Shown here piece by piece: positions 25,020 through 37,846 of a stretch of DNA of 64,000 nt. Below the pieces are notes generated by a model. That model ran no database searches and had not been told where the DNA came from. It saw nothing but the letters and a program-made list of their open reading frames with translations. Made by a program: the position numbers and the translations under genes. Source of the stretch: Octopus vulgaris (taxonomy: Eukaryota); NCBI GenBank assembly GCA_951406725.2, contig OX597826.1, positions 39,742,001-39,806,000 on the forward strand, in the 5' to 3' direction. Position 1 is the first letter of the stretch; each line of letters opens with the position of its first letter.

Positions 25020-27350
25020 AGAATAATGAGACCCCTGGAAAATTCCCCTTTTGATATTAACATTCCCTAAAAGTGTGTCACCTGTGGAGAGATCTACATT
25101 ACATTTCTTCATGCGAAAGCTAATTCTCTTATGTTTTCTGTTATACTAAATATACCCAAATATTCACTTATCCATGAGTGTGGGATCATGTTACAGGCTT
25201 TCCTATAATTTCCCCATGCTATAGTTAGATTTTTCTTTCTAGATTTTACTTCATTTAGAACTGCTTTGTACTACTACCCATCCTACATGGATCAATAAGT
25301 TAGTGTCTTCGGTTTTTCAGATTTCCCAAACAATTTCTGGTCATCTATAAACAGACGATGGTTCAGTGATGGGCCTTTCTTCCCACATCGGTAACCCCTT
25401 AGCTTTCCTAAGTGTCATTGTTATGGGTATTAGTGAGATTATAAATAGTAACAGAGAAAACGAGTCACCTTGGAAGATATCCATCATAATATTAATTTCT
25501 CAAAGGAATACGTTACCTGGGTACAATTTGGTTCTTCACTCTTTCATGCTATGCATCTGAAAAGTTGTGATATTGTCAGCATTACCAAACATCTGCAGGC
25601 ATTCAACGATCCAAGAATAAGGCTTCATATCATATGCCTTCATAAAGTCAAACCAAGCGATAGACATGTTTGTATGATATTTTTTACAATGCCTCAAAAC
25701 TGTTTTATCGATGACCAGGTGATCGTTTGTACGCTGAGAACTATTCTTTTTTATTCCCTTGGTGATATTTCGTCCTGTGCCAGGAAAGTATATGTCATTG
25801 CTGCACATATTCCAGTGAATATCTTCCAGAATATGTTCAGCCGTGCCATGGGATGGTATTTCCACACAAAATTCCCCTTTCTTCTACATTTCATTATAAG
25901 TGTTGTTGTCCCAGTCACCATCCACCCGGGAACTGTACCTTTCTGGACATACTAATTCAATTGGGCTGCTAATCTTTCATGCACTGCGTGGGATCTCTTC
26001 AGCCAAAAGCCATGAAACTCATCTGGTCAGGGGGCTTTCCAGTTAGGCGCTTTACCCACTTGTTATTTCACGTCAACTGTACTTATGACAACATTTCTTT
26101 GTTTCTTTCCTCCTTGTAATTCTGTCTTGATAGTTCCTATCTAAGTTGCATCCCTTTTATGCATCACATTTTCCCCTATAATCCGCTCAAGAACTCCTCG
26201 GCACAATTTGCATCAGGAGCAGCATTTTCCCCCATTGTCTCTTTCTAACGTTCGGAAGAATTACTTCGGGTTGTTTTCGAACCGCTTATTTCTGTTCACA
26301 AATCTTCTGATCTTCTGGCTTTTTGCCATGATCCTCTGTTTTAACTGCTCTATTACTGCATAAAACCCGTTCTTCTGTATTTTATATTTCTTCTTTAATT
26401 TATCTTGGTTGTTCTTTTTCCTATTTCTCCAGTTGCCTATTAACCATTGCTCAATTTTCCTAGATATTGCCTTGCCTGCATTATGTCCCTTTCAATGCGT
26501 CGTTTCCATCATGGTTCTTTTGCTCCACCATTTTTTTGTTCTCTTAAGTTGTAATTTCTCCTCAACAATAGCTCGGAGAATATTCCTTGTTTGTGTTATG
26601 CCCTGGATGTATCGTATGATAATATTTATCTTTTATGTTACTTTATTTATTATACTCCTATCTATCCTTCTCATATTCATGGTAATTTTTTTCTGGAGCA
26701 TTCATCAAGTCGGTGAGTTGTCTTTGAATTTCAAGCAATTCATTATCTAGTTGGTCCATTTCCCCAGCATGACACCTACCATAGTATCAAGGTTCTTTGT
26801 ATAAAGTTCCTGTTCCTCATCCTTAACAACCCCATCACCATTTCCCTGTTCCTTCTGTCTACTCTTCTCTCTGCTTTCAACTCCTACCTCTCTGTTTTCA
26901 GCTCTGACCATCCTTTGTAGAATATTCGCAAGGTTTCTCAGACTCACACTAATCCGAGATATTACTACTCCATTTGAGGAACCCTTCTTCCTAATCATTC
27001 TCACTTGATTCATTAGTTAATTTTCTGACATAGGACACGTGTTCTTTTCCATCCAAAATTTCAAGGTACGTCGGCCTACTCCGCGACTTCTTTCCAGCTT
27101 CGCTCTTTCATGACACTCAATATGTGTGTCGTACTTTTTTCCGTCGTCCACTTATGTCTGTTTTTGTGCACACGATGTATGTGATCTGTTGTAACAAAGA
27201 AGATCCAAAGCGAGATCACTGTCCTTGATGCAGGCGGTTTCAGACGTGCCCAGTGGGAAACCATTATGATCGGATATAGCTCCATTCTCGCCGTTAATTC
27301 TTTCATCGTTGTGTAGCATCATGATTTCATGAGTCGTTCGTGGGATTCCC
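25020..27350 (-). mobile_element. Further Dong/R4-like LINE fragments (N-terminal region and RT)
   Basis: PNWKAP..DEFHGFWLK; DHLVIDKTVLRHCKKYHTNMSIAWFDFMKAYD..SWIVECL; IFQGDSFS..LF. A second WGNYRKACNMIPHSWI..GIFQG block indicates at least two copies. Confidence 0.8.
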
Positions 27351-27544
27351 ATGAGAGTTATTGAGATCCCACTTCTCTCTTCCTCTCTTTATTTGTATAT
27401 ACACGTGCACATGTGTGTACATACACGTATATACAGCTAACGTGCTTGCATTGAGTCGCCTCCATAACCACATTGATTATCATTATCACAATTGTTCTAC
27501 CTATAGCATTTAAAATTATCAATAATAATACGGGATCCGGTATT

Positions 27545-27820
27545 TTGTAGCAGATATTCGTCACTATTTATCAAATACTCGGCAAGAATTCTCCTTTCAT
27601 ACCTAATACAATGGTCTATACTAATTAGTCCCCTGCCACCATTCTTTCTTTTCATATACAGTCTGTTTACGCTTGCAGTTAACACTTTATGCTATCACTT
27701 GCGCTCCCTACATGATTGGTAATCCACGGATCATTCTCAACTAATTTTTAGTTCCTTTACTGGTCATTTCAAGTGCTCCCACAATCACTGGTATTGTAAC
27801 CGTTTTGAGATGCTATCTTT
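27545..27820 (-). mobile_element. Dong/R4-like LINE fragments
   Basis: ASVNRLYMKRKNGGRGLISIDHC and TVTIPVIVGALEM. Confidence 0.7.
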
Positions 27821-28258
27821 GCTCCAACTACTGTCGTCAACTGCCCACCGTTCTCTTTTGGTTTTCTATTCAGCTTGAGCAGTGACATCAGCAGAAAGGC
27901 CTTCCTGTTCAGACGTAATTTTTCCGCTGATCATTGTCTCTTGTTGTATGCTATTTTTGTTTTAGTATCTTAAGCGCCTTAAGCCCATAGACAGAAATTA
28001 GTCTTCATTTGTTTTCGAAGTTTTATTTCCGAACATATCTGTTTTTTTCCTATTTAAAATGAGACGTGTTACATGTTATATTTATTGTTATTATTATGTG
28101 TCTCTTTCAATTTGTTTAAACACTGTGCGCTCTACGTTGTCTTGTTCCTGACCGAGATGTACGGGCGCATGTGTGAATTATATAAACATTACATTTTTGT
28201 GGATTTGTGAAGAGATGAGATTGCATTTGTACTCATATTATTATTATTATTATTATTA

Positions 28259-28319
<61 letters not shown>

Positions 28320-28369
28320 GTTCATATACGCACAACTAATTTTTCGACATCTGGTGTATCATCCACAGT

Positions 28370-28805
28370 TTCAAAACACACGAGATGTCGAACTATCGTT
28401 CACTTGATAATAATTGCACTCTTCTATTTTTGGTTCTATATCTTCTGGAGTCCTTTAAATATTAATAATAATAATAAGAATAATAATAAAATGGCATTCT
28501 TCTGTTTTGCTTCTATATCTCATAGAGGAGTAACCTCAGTCCTTTAAATATTAACCAAACTGAAGTAGATTGACAAGTTTAGTTTTTGAACCTATGGAAG
28601 ACACACGAGATGTTCACTTGATAACAATAGCACCTTTCTATTTTTGCTTCTACTATATCTTCTGAAGATGTTACTTCAGTCCTATAAATATTAACCAAAT
28701 TGAAGTAGACTGACATGTTTATTTTTCGAAACTGTGGAAGACAGACGAGATGTCGAAATATCGTTCACTTGATAACAATGACACTCTTCTATTTTTGCTA
28801 TCATT
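28370..28805 (+). repeat. Three diverged tandem copies of a ~140-220 bp unit
   Basis: acacgagatgt..gttcacttgataa(c/t)aat..ttctatttttg recurs at ~28377, ~28603 and ~28743. Confidence 0.75.
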
Positions 28806-28817
28806 ATCATATACTAT

Positions 28818-28893
<76 letters not shown>

Positions 28894-28894
28894 G

Positions 28895-29125
28895 CCTTTC
28901 CACAGCTTCTAACGCTGGAGATGTACTACAATGTCAGCTACCAGTGAACTAAGGTAACACCTCTTATTTCTTGAGCAATTTCCGGAGTATTCGAGTGGTT
29001 CCAAGCAGTGCTGTTTTCTGCAAGTGCTCCAGCCTTATTGCAGCTTCTATTTGTTCCACGTAATTATCGAGATTTTTGCTAACTGTTCCCAGGGCTTGGA
29101 CAGTTATTGGTACTGCCACTCATGG
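28895..29125 (-). mobile_element. 3' end of a Dong/R4-like LINE with (TAG)n tail
   Basis: VAVPITVQALGTVSKNLDNYVEQIEAAIRLEHLQKTALLGTTRILRKLL. Confidence 0.75.
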
Positions 29126-29361
29126 TAGCACTGAATAATAAAAATCCCACTTTAATTTCTTTAGGAATACCTTCTGACATTTACTTCACCCCTACCTATT
29201 CCTATAAATAGAAAATCTCTTTTGTCTCCATAGAATATCCCTCCCCACTTTCTAGCAGTTCAAAATAACTTAAAGAAAATTATTGAGTCAGAAGATAAAT
29301 TCTAATAACTTAATGTTCTTGACATTCAAATCAACATCTCTGTCTGGAAAACCTCTATATA

Positions 29362-29445
29362 TGGCTGATGATTGCTCAACATTTTAAAACTGTTGTAATA
29401 CTTACAATGTTTAATAAAATGATGTAACCTGAAACGATCGTACCA
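29362..29445 (+). ncRNA. Type I hammerhead ribozyme with long stem II
   Basis: TGG-CTGATGA-ttgctcaaCATTTTA..TAAAATGatgtaacct-GAAA cgatc GTA-CCA. Stem III is the palindrome ACGATCGT. Same family as 50874-50966. Confidence 0.7.
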
Positions 29446-29707
29446 AATTACCGAAGATATTCTTGTTGCTTATTTTGAGTATATATATATAAACAAAAAA
29501 AATCTCTGAACGAGGTATAAACAGTAGCTGCACGACAACGTGAAGTATATTTGCCACTTAAATGTGGTTAACTACTAAGGGTGGATGCTACTGTAGCTTG
29601 CAGCCCCAGGAGAACATCTTCACCAGCTGGCTATTGATACACTTTCTGTGCCCTATCAGTATTTGCAAAGGGAAGCCATCCTTCTCATTGTCGCCCTGAC
29701 GTGATAC

Positions 29708-29750
29708 GCACGGACCTGAGTTTCTGGGTATTTACCCGTCATCAGCGCAC
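29708..29750 (-). ncRNA. Minimal type I hammerhead ribozyme with intact core
   Basis: Reverse complement: GTGCG-CTGATGA-cGGGT aaat ACCCa-GAAA ctcag GTC-CGTGC. Confidence 0.75.
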
Positions 29751-29821
29751 AACAATCACCGGTCTTTGATGCGAAGGGGTCCCAATGCAAAGACATATAT
29801 CATTTTTCCGATGACGAAGAG

Positions 29822-29921
<100 letters not shown>

Positions 29922-29933
29922 CACACCTACATT

Positions 29934-29965
<32 letters not shown>

Positions 29966-31735
29966 GAATATAAAGATCAGGAGATATGTGATGAATATAT
30001 ATTCAATTCATTAGTTATTATCCATAGGATAACTATATTTATCTCATACCTCCTGACTTTCATTATACTCTATATATTCCTCATGAAATAATCCTCAACG
30101 ATTGGATTCACTGGATTTCACTTCTATATATTTGTTTTCTATGTGGTTTATGGCCTGGTCCACTAAAGGAGCTTGTGATTAATCCATATGTTGTACATTA
30201 TATATATATATATATGCACACAAATACATACACGCACACATATGCACATGCATGTATTTATATAAACTCGTACACACATGTATATCAAATTATCTTCTCA
30301 ATAACCTTATCAAGTAAAGTATATGTGTTATTATCACACTTCACCACAGGCTGAACAGCCAGGGGTACAAGTCAAGCCCGTAGGTTATACTGTATCCAAT
30401 AAAGCTCATTGGCTAGTTTTTTAAATTTTATGCTAGTAATATAAGGTAATCCAACCCAGTGAGAAACTAATTTAAATATCTTTCACATGAAAGGCAACAG
30501 CCCCGAGAGAAAGTAATGAAAAAGTATATATTCTTTTTAATGTTTTCTTTTTCATTATCTTAAGCTTAAAAATCAATAAAATTACTTTCCCGTATACCTT
30601 GAAGCGCATTCAGAAACAACAATAGTTACATAGCTATAGTAATTTTATTTTTTTAATAATGGTTTTATTTTTTAATAATGTGCGTGTGTGTGTGTGTGTG
30701 TGTGTGTGAGTATGCATATGAAAGTCTGTGCGTGTGGTTGTGTATATATACACGTTTTATATATGTCAGGACTGATTTATCTGATATGTAAAGAATGAAA
30801 TATAAGACAGTTTGTTTTGAAAGAATGCGAGTCGTGACGTTTTTGCTCTGGCCCTTTTCGTGGTATTGTAGCTTGAAAACTATCTTCTAAACTTAATGAT
30901 AGGTTCTTTTACTTAATCACTTCACCTCGTAGAAATCTCAACCAAATGTCTCTGAAACCAACTTGCTAACTTAAAAGTATGAAATATGACATAGGTCACC
31001 ATAGTTCTAGATGTACAGCCTAGATATGTTTCGTTGCCTTTTGCTGAAATGTCTTTGACCATCTATCTATTCGATAATAGCTGATCTGGCGTTGACTGTA
31101 CAAATCATACCCTAAACTTCATTTTCTCCGTTACTAAATCTGTTTTGAAATTTTTCATTTCATTGTCTCTTGTGTATTGTTGGCACTACTCTATTCTATT
31201 TGATTTCATATAGATTATTTCTTCTCTTGGTAATACATACAGCAGTCGTTTGCGATCGAGTACGACTTGATAATAATGCTTGTATAGGAGCGCAATGCAC
31301 CACTCTATACAGGAATTGAACGTAACACTTTATGCTGATGCGATGAACATCCTAACCAAAAGGAGAGAAGTTGAATTAGCTCATAAGCGTTTAATATGTT
31401 CACTAAGTGTCCTCTCAATAGGTGTTGGCTCCAAATATAAGGAAATATGCAGAATCTTCGTCCAAAGTGTAGTTGTTGTTTAACTTCAGGTCAACCCTGT
31501 GTTTGATCGATGTGGCTTAACTTTGCAGTGTAAGTAACTATGTCTATTAAGCGAAGAGAGATACAACGTTGTAATATACCTCTGTCATTTTCTTACATCA
31601 AAGATTTATTGATTTCTATTGATTTCCAGCGAACCAAGCAGGGAGTGCTTACGCCATCGTTCAGATAGATAGAAACAGCAACTAAAGGTGTCTTTGAAAT
31701 AGTAAGAATCGGATTGCTTAATTAAGATACACTAT

Positions 31736-31894
31736 AGGTGCAGGCGTAGCTGCGTGGTAAGAAGCTTACTTTTCAACTACATGGCTCCGGGTACAGTCCC
31801 ACTGTGTGGCACCTTGGGCAAGTGTCTTCTATTATAGCCATGTGCCGATCAAAGCCTTGTGAGTGGATTTGGGAAACAGAATCTGAAAGAAGCC

Positions 31895-31955
<61 letters not shown>

Positions 31956-32180
31956 CTGTTGATACCATCTTAAAATGATATTAACTGTAGTGACATCTTA
32001 TTTCAAACCTTACTGTATGGTGTGTTTTCATGTTTTCATACCCGTAACCTATCGGTTCGGCTATAGAGAGCGATAGAATAAGTACTAGGCTTACAAATAA
32101 TAAGCGCTGAGGTCGATTTGTTTGACTAAAGGCGGTGCTGCAGCATGGCCGCAGTCAAATGCCTGATACAAGTAAAAGAA
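31736..32180 (+). mobile_element. Bipartite tRNA/CORE SINE with internal microsatellite (family A)
   Basis: tRNA-like head ggcgtagctgcgtggtaagaagc..ccgggtacagtccc, CORE-like caccttgggcaagtgtctt, (TA)n, then the conserved 3' half. Other copies at 40012-40312(-), 61993-62720, 9455-9600 and 37290-37473. Confidence 0.8.
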
Positions 32181-32904
32181 TATATCTGAACGTAAGTATA
32201 GTTACGGATGAAATGAGTTAGCTCTGGCCTAGAGCTGAACAATAACGACAACCCAGTAAGTTAGATATATAAGAGAGTTACAGAGAAACCATTTGGCATT
32301 CATGCCTTTTTGAGTGGTATTTGCGCCGTAACATATTTGTTCGGTTTGTAAGTCCGATCCCAGGTCTCATAGCTGCCGTCGCAGAAAGGCATTCTCTTAA
32401 AGTAGAACAAATTGTTAATTTATGTGCTATATGAAAAGTCAGTTAAACAAAAGAACTACGAAATTTGTGGCTTACATTACATATAACCTATTTTATTAGG
32501 TTCTGTCGGAATTGCATTTTCGCAATATGCTTTCAGTTAGTCATGTAATATAGAGAGAAAACGCGTTAAATATAGATTAACCTACAAAGTTTTAATATAT
32601 TCATTGTATTCTCTGACAGGTACGCTATCGCAATTGTATTTGACGTTCACAAAATTTCATTTTGTCACTTTATCATTAGAAGATAAATTATATTACCATT
32701 CTTTAATAGGAAACTAGTTAATACATGGTAGAAAATGAAGCATAAGACTGTGTCTTATTTTCTTCGCTTTTCTCGTATATATATATTTTTTTTGCTTTTT
32801 TTTCTCACAAGCTATATCTCATCAAGTTATCTTCGTGTTGGTGTAAAAATCATAAATAAACGAAAAGAGGAAAAATAGATTATATATTGTATTACGTAGT
32901 AGTC

Positions 32905-33265
32905 TGGAGGCGCAATGGCCCAGTGGTTAGGGCAGAGGTTTCGATTCCCAGACCGGGCTTTGTGAGCGTTTATTGAGCGGAAACACTTAAAGCTCCACGG
33001 GACCCCGGCAGTGGGGTGGTAGCGAGCCCTGCTGTACTCTTTCACCACAACTTTCTCTCATTCTTTCTTCCTGTTTCTGTTGTACCTGTATTTCAAAGGG
33101 CCAGCCTTGTCACACTCTCTGTCACGCTGAATCCTCCCCCCCCAGAAATAGGTTAGGATACACGTGTCTGTGGAGTGTTCAGGCACTTGCACGTTAATTT
33201 CATGAGCAGGCTGTTCCGTTGATTGTTTCAACTGGAACCCTCGTCGTCGTAACCAAAGTAGTGCA
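32905..33265 (+). mobile_element. tRNA-derived SINE (family D) with candidate TSD
   Basis: A box TGGCCCAGTGG and B box GTTTCGATTCC with a shortened spacer. acgtagtag is repeated at 32894-32902 and 33266-33274. Confidence 0.7.
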
Positions 33266-36200
33266 ACGTAGTAGCATCCAGGCGGTTTTCTTCACCACTC
33301 GTATCCGAACAATGTGTGAAGATGTAATTTAACAGTTAATAACATTCTTTGTAGTTGTGCTGCTTGCTTAGTAACATACATTCCCTCTTCGCGTACTTCA
33401 CATAATTGAAAGGCATTCCAGCCATGACCATTTCATCAATTTTTTTTCTATTAAGCATAAAGTATTCAATGTCTTTCGACTTTGATTTCAGTAGGGCATA
33501 ATTTGAGGATAAGTGGCTGCTATATTCTGCAGGTCAAGTGGCCGCGCGGGGAGTCATTTCATTGGTACTTTAGCTCCCTGAGCTGATTGAAACTTCAAAT
33601 CCATGCTTTATAGAGCAAAGATTACCGTTGCTCAAAAATGGCCATTTATTTGCACATTTGAATGTGAAGGCCCAACTAAAGTTTGTGGACGACTGGAGTT
33701 ACACGACTAAGGTAGATACAGTGTCGTCGTAGACGTTACTGCCAGAATGCAAAGGGCCCAAACAGATACGACAAGGTATCTCATGCAACCCTTTTACAGT
33801 ACTACGAACCTATCGCACTGAATTTATATTTTATATGGACTCCGAAGGAATGAAATGCAACGTTGTCTTCGGCAGAATTTGAACCATCGTCTGAGTCAGA
33901 ATGATTAACATGAGATATTCATTCTTCCATTCGGACAACTCTATTCCTTCGCTTCCTTCTCTGAAGTGACAATGCCACATACACACGGAAATTTATGGAG
34001 AACCATCACTTTAAGCCAGTAAGACAGACGTTAATTCGTGAATTTTCATACAGTTCATAATTATAATATTTTACTAATCACCTCTAACTGCAGAAAACTT
34101 GATTGAGAGAGATATGTTGTCATCACGTTTTGCAGCAGTGAAGTGGTGCGGAATAATAGTACTTTGGCTGATATTTTGGCTCTCTAACACAGAACAGGTA
34201 GCAACTGAATTATCTATTCATTGAATTAGCGAGAGATGTTGAGTATTTCACAAACACATCTAACTATAACATAATTTTGACGCAGAATTAACGTGACACA
34301 GTCTGACAATACAGGACTTGTGAATTACATGTACAGTCAATCCGAGAGACTTCTAAATATTTTCTGTGGCAATAGCTTCATTCAAAAATTAGGCCAACCT
34401 ATAGACAGAAATTTGCCCAAGCTAAAACATAGCAGTGTTGAACTCGAGACCTTCTCGCTGCTAGGTAAATTTCTTATTCTTCAATCATTCCTACGTTTAA
34501 AAAATCGTTATATTCGTAGGGAAGCATGTATGAGTACATGTATACGTATTGGTAGTGTAATGTATGGATTCATAGAATTGTGTTGCTATCACAGAAAACT
34601 CCTCTAGTGGATTCGATTAAGAGACCACATAATCATCTAATAGAGTTACATTCTGCTGAAATCCAGGAAATCCGATTCACGAAATTATCCCATAAAATGT
34701 AAGGAACTATGAGAGGTGAATCTATTTATTTAACTTCTTGTCATCCTTAGGATAATAATTTCAGCGTATTATAAATTATGTTTGCACTAACCCTAACCCT
34801 AACCGTAATGCTACGCATTATACAGTACATTTATATGTTCACAAGATAAAGAAAGTTAACTCATCAGATCACCAGAACATCTTGGTTACGCCAATATTTC
34901 AATTCTCTCTCTCTGTACACACACACACACACATACACACACACACATTTATATATATAATCTCTTCCTCATAGAATGCATTCTCAGCCGGCTCTAATCA
35001 TAATTTCCTCTTTTATTTTTTCTGTTGAAAAACGAGCGGCCGAAACGTTGCAGTTCTTTTCCTTTCAAGTGTTACACTAAGAAATAGCTTTGTTAAAACA
35101 TAACTTTTTCGTTGTGTGTTCTTGTTTTCGTTCATTCATCATATATATAAAAACAGTTTGTTACATGCTGTAAGCATATATATAGCATGATACATACAAA
35201 TGCTTGGACGAACGAAAGAAATAGGCAGTGCATTCGGTTAATTAATTCTGAACAAACCCAAAGATGACTTCAAAAGTTTAAGTCGCATGTGGCCGCATCA
35301 AACTGTTTTGCACTAAGTCTGAATAAAATACGGAATAACTACAGTTAAATATATTTAGCTTACTCAGTCAGAGCTCTTTGGATTTCTAAAGTAAGTACAA
35401 GATTTTAGATTTGAAAGGAATTACAAAGAAGGCTTTGACATTCATGTGCTTTTTCTACAGTAATAGTAACCTAACATGATAACATTACTTTCGAGTAGAA
35501 ATCAAAATTTCCCTAACAATTCTCATGATAACTATTCTCTTGAAATCGGCGTTTATTACTAATATATCCTGGATTAAATCTTTGTCTGTTCACAGTGTTA
35601 ATTAAAACGGTCTGCAAACATCACTAATGAAATATCTTTATCTACTGCACTATTCAGTATGGCTTCCATCTAATACAAACTCTTTTATTCGGTTCTATTG
35701 AAATCGTGTTTTATTAACTCTACTATTCTTTCGCTACACATAAATAGATAGCGTTATTTAACGTCATCCATTTTTGTCACATGCTTCTTAATGCAAAAGT
35801 CGATGACATTCATAAACTTGTCTTTCTCCGTTTATTATCAGTTCATATTAGCTAGCTTGAGAAAAAGAGTACAAAATCTAATTAAAAATCACATTCTAAA
35901 TTTATTTTTGTTTCCTAATTTATTTTCTCCTTTCCTCCCTAATATATCTGATCAAGCTATCATCCAACTATTAGTGAAAAGCAAAACGCAAATACATTAA
36001 ATTTTTTTCTTTTTTGCATATCTTATATTCTTCCTAACTTTGGGATTTCTCTACACCTTCCTTCTGCACAAGAGCATATGCAGGCGCTAATTCGCGCATG
36101 CACACAAAATACTACAGGCGTACAGAAAAAATAAGCACCAGAAACATTACCCCCATTTCCTTCTCCTTCTCCCTCTCTTCTAACAAATCTAATCTTACTA

Positions 36201-36710
36201 CCACTCCTATATTTTTTCCTGCTCTTCTCCTCCTGACAGTCTCTCTTTATTTTTCTCTGACTCTGTTTAAACGTATTTACAGAGTGCAACAATATAATTT
36301 ATTTATTTTACAGTAGACATAATAAATGACCTCAGCCTAAATTCACAAAAACTTTCCCCTAAAAAGCTTCAATGTAACAAAAAATTCCCCCTATTCTCTC
36401 AATCTTCTTTTCTTTGTTTTATTCTTATCTTTTCCATAACAACTTTAGAAATATGTCCACTCTCATATATTATTTTTTTCACACGTATGTTTACCCTTTT
36501 GTTCTCTCGCTTTGTGCTTTTCCTGCATTTTCAATCAAAACTCCTGCAAGTTAACATGGGATCCCTTCGCGACAATGTAACCATTATTTGACTAAGATAT
36601 CGTTGGCTTAATGAGTAGCTCGCGGAGAACCCTTCGTTGAGTGATTACTGCTTCCGAAATTCTGCAATGTAGCCTGGATTTTACCTACTCCATTACACAC
36701 ATACACAACA

Positions 36711-36753
<43 letters not shown>

Positions 36754-36947
36754 CCCCACACACATAATGATTGTGCTATATTGAATACATGATGTGGTTT
36801 TAAGGTCAGGTTTTGACTGGTTTTTCAAGCATGGTGCTATCTCTTAGATGCCCATATTTCGTTTGTTTAAATACTGTTTGGTGACTTCAAACGGACTTTC
36901 GCGGGCATGGTGGGTGAAAATTTTAATAGTAGTAGGCTGGCAAATTG

Positions 36948-37000
36948 TGGCTGATGAGAAACTGCCACCTATTTGGCGTTAGTTTCGAAACCGGGTTCCA
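36948..37000 (+). ncRNA. Type I hammerhead ribozyme with intact core
   Basis: TGG-CTGATGA-GAAACT GCCA cctatt TGGC gtt AGTTTC-GAAA ccgg GTT-CCA. Confidence 0.75.
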
Positions 37001-37471
37001 AGTTGACCAGTATTGCTTTTGCTAACCTAGCGGAGGTAAAATGTTTTTAATGTTCACTTTTTCTACCATGTCTGAATTAGATTTATTTGTGATTATTCTG
37101 TGCTACAGGGGTATCTTTGACTTCTCTTTTTAGCGATGTAGGTGCCTTCGTGTATATATATATCAGTATATCTTGCATTGTATGTATATATTCTATTAAT
37201 TTGACTGTACGGCTGATAAACTCGCTTGCCACACATGATGGTATTTTAATAATATCATCTCGTATTATATATATATATATGTGTGTGTGTGTCTGTCTGT
37301 CTTTGTGTTTGTTTCTCACCACTGCTTGACAACTGGTCTTGGTGTGTTTACATACCCATTACTTTGCAATTAGGAAAAAAAAAACACTAAAATAATTATC
37401 AGCCTAAAAATTATTCACGACGGTGGCCCATCTTGGCCGCAGTTTAATAACAGAATCAAGTAGAAGATAAA

Positions 37472-37511
<40 letters not shown>

Positions 37512-37604
37512 TTTATACAGTAACATATTCTAATATGTCATATGTAATCTATGACATAAGATGACATAAGATGACATAATCTATGACATAAGATGACATT
37601 CACC

Positions 37605-37670
37605 CGAGGTTTTTCACTCTAACTACTGATAATTTCTTATTATAAAGATTTTATCCTTATTTTTAAATTT

Positions 37671-37718
<48 letters not shown>

Positions 37719-37784
37719 AAATTTAAAAATAAGGATAAAATCTTTATAATAAGAAATTATCAGTAGTTAGAGTGAAAAACCTCG
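37605..37784. repeat. Perfect palindrome with ~70-bp unique arms around (TA)n
   Basis: cgaggtttttcactct...aaatttatac (TA)n gtataaattt...agagtgaaaaacctcg. Confidence 0.95.
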
Positions 37785-37815
37785 TAAGAGAAAAAATCTG
37801 TAAATTTTTTCAACT

Positions 37816-37846
<31 letters not shown>

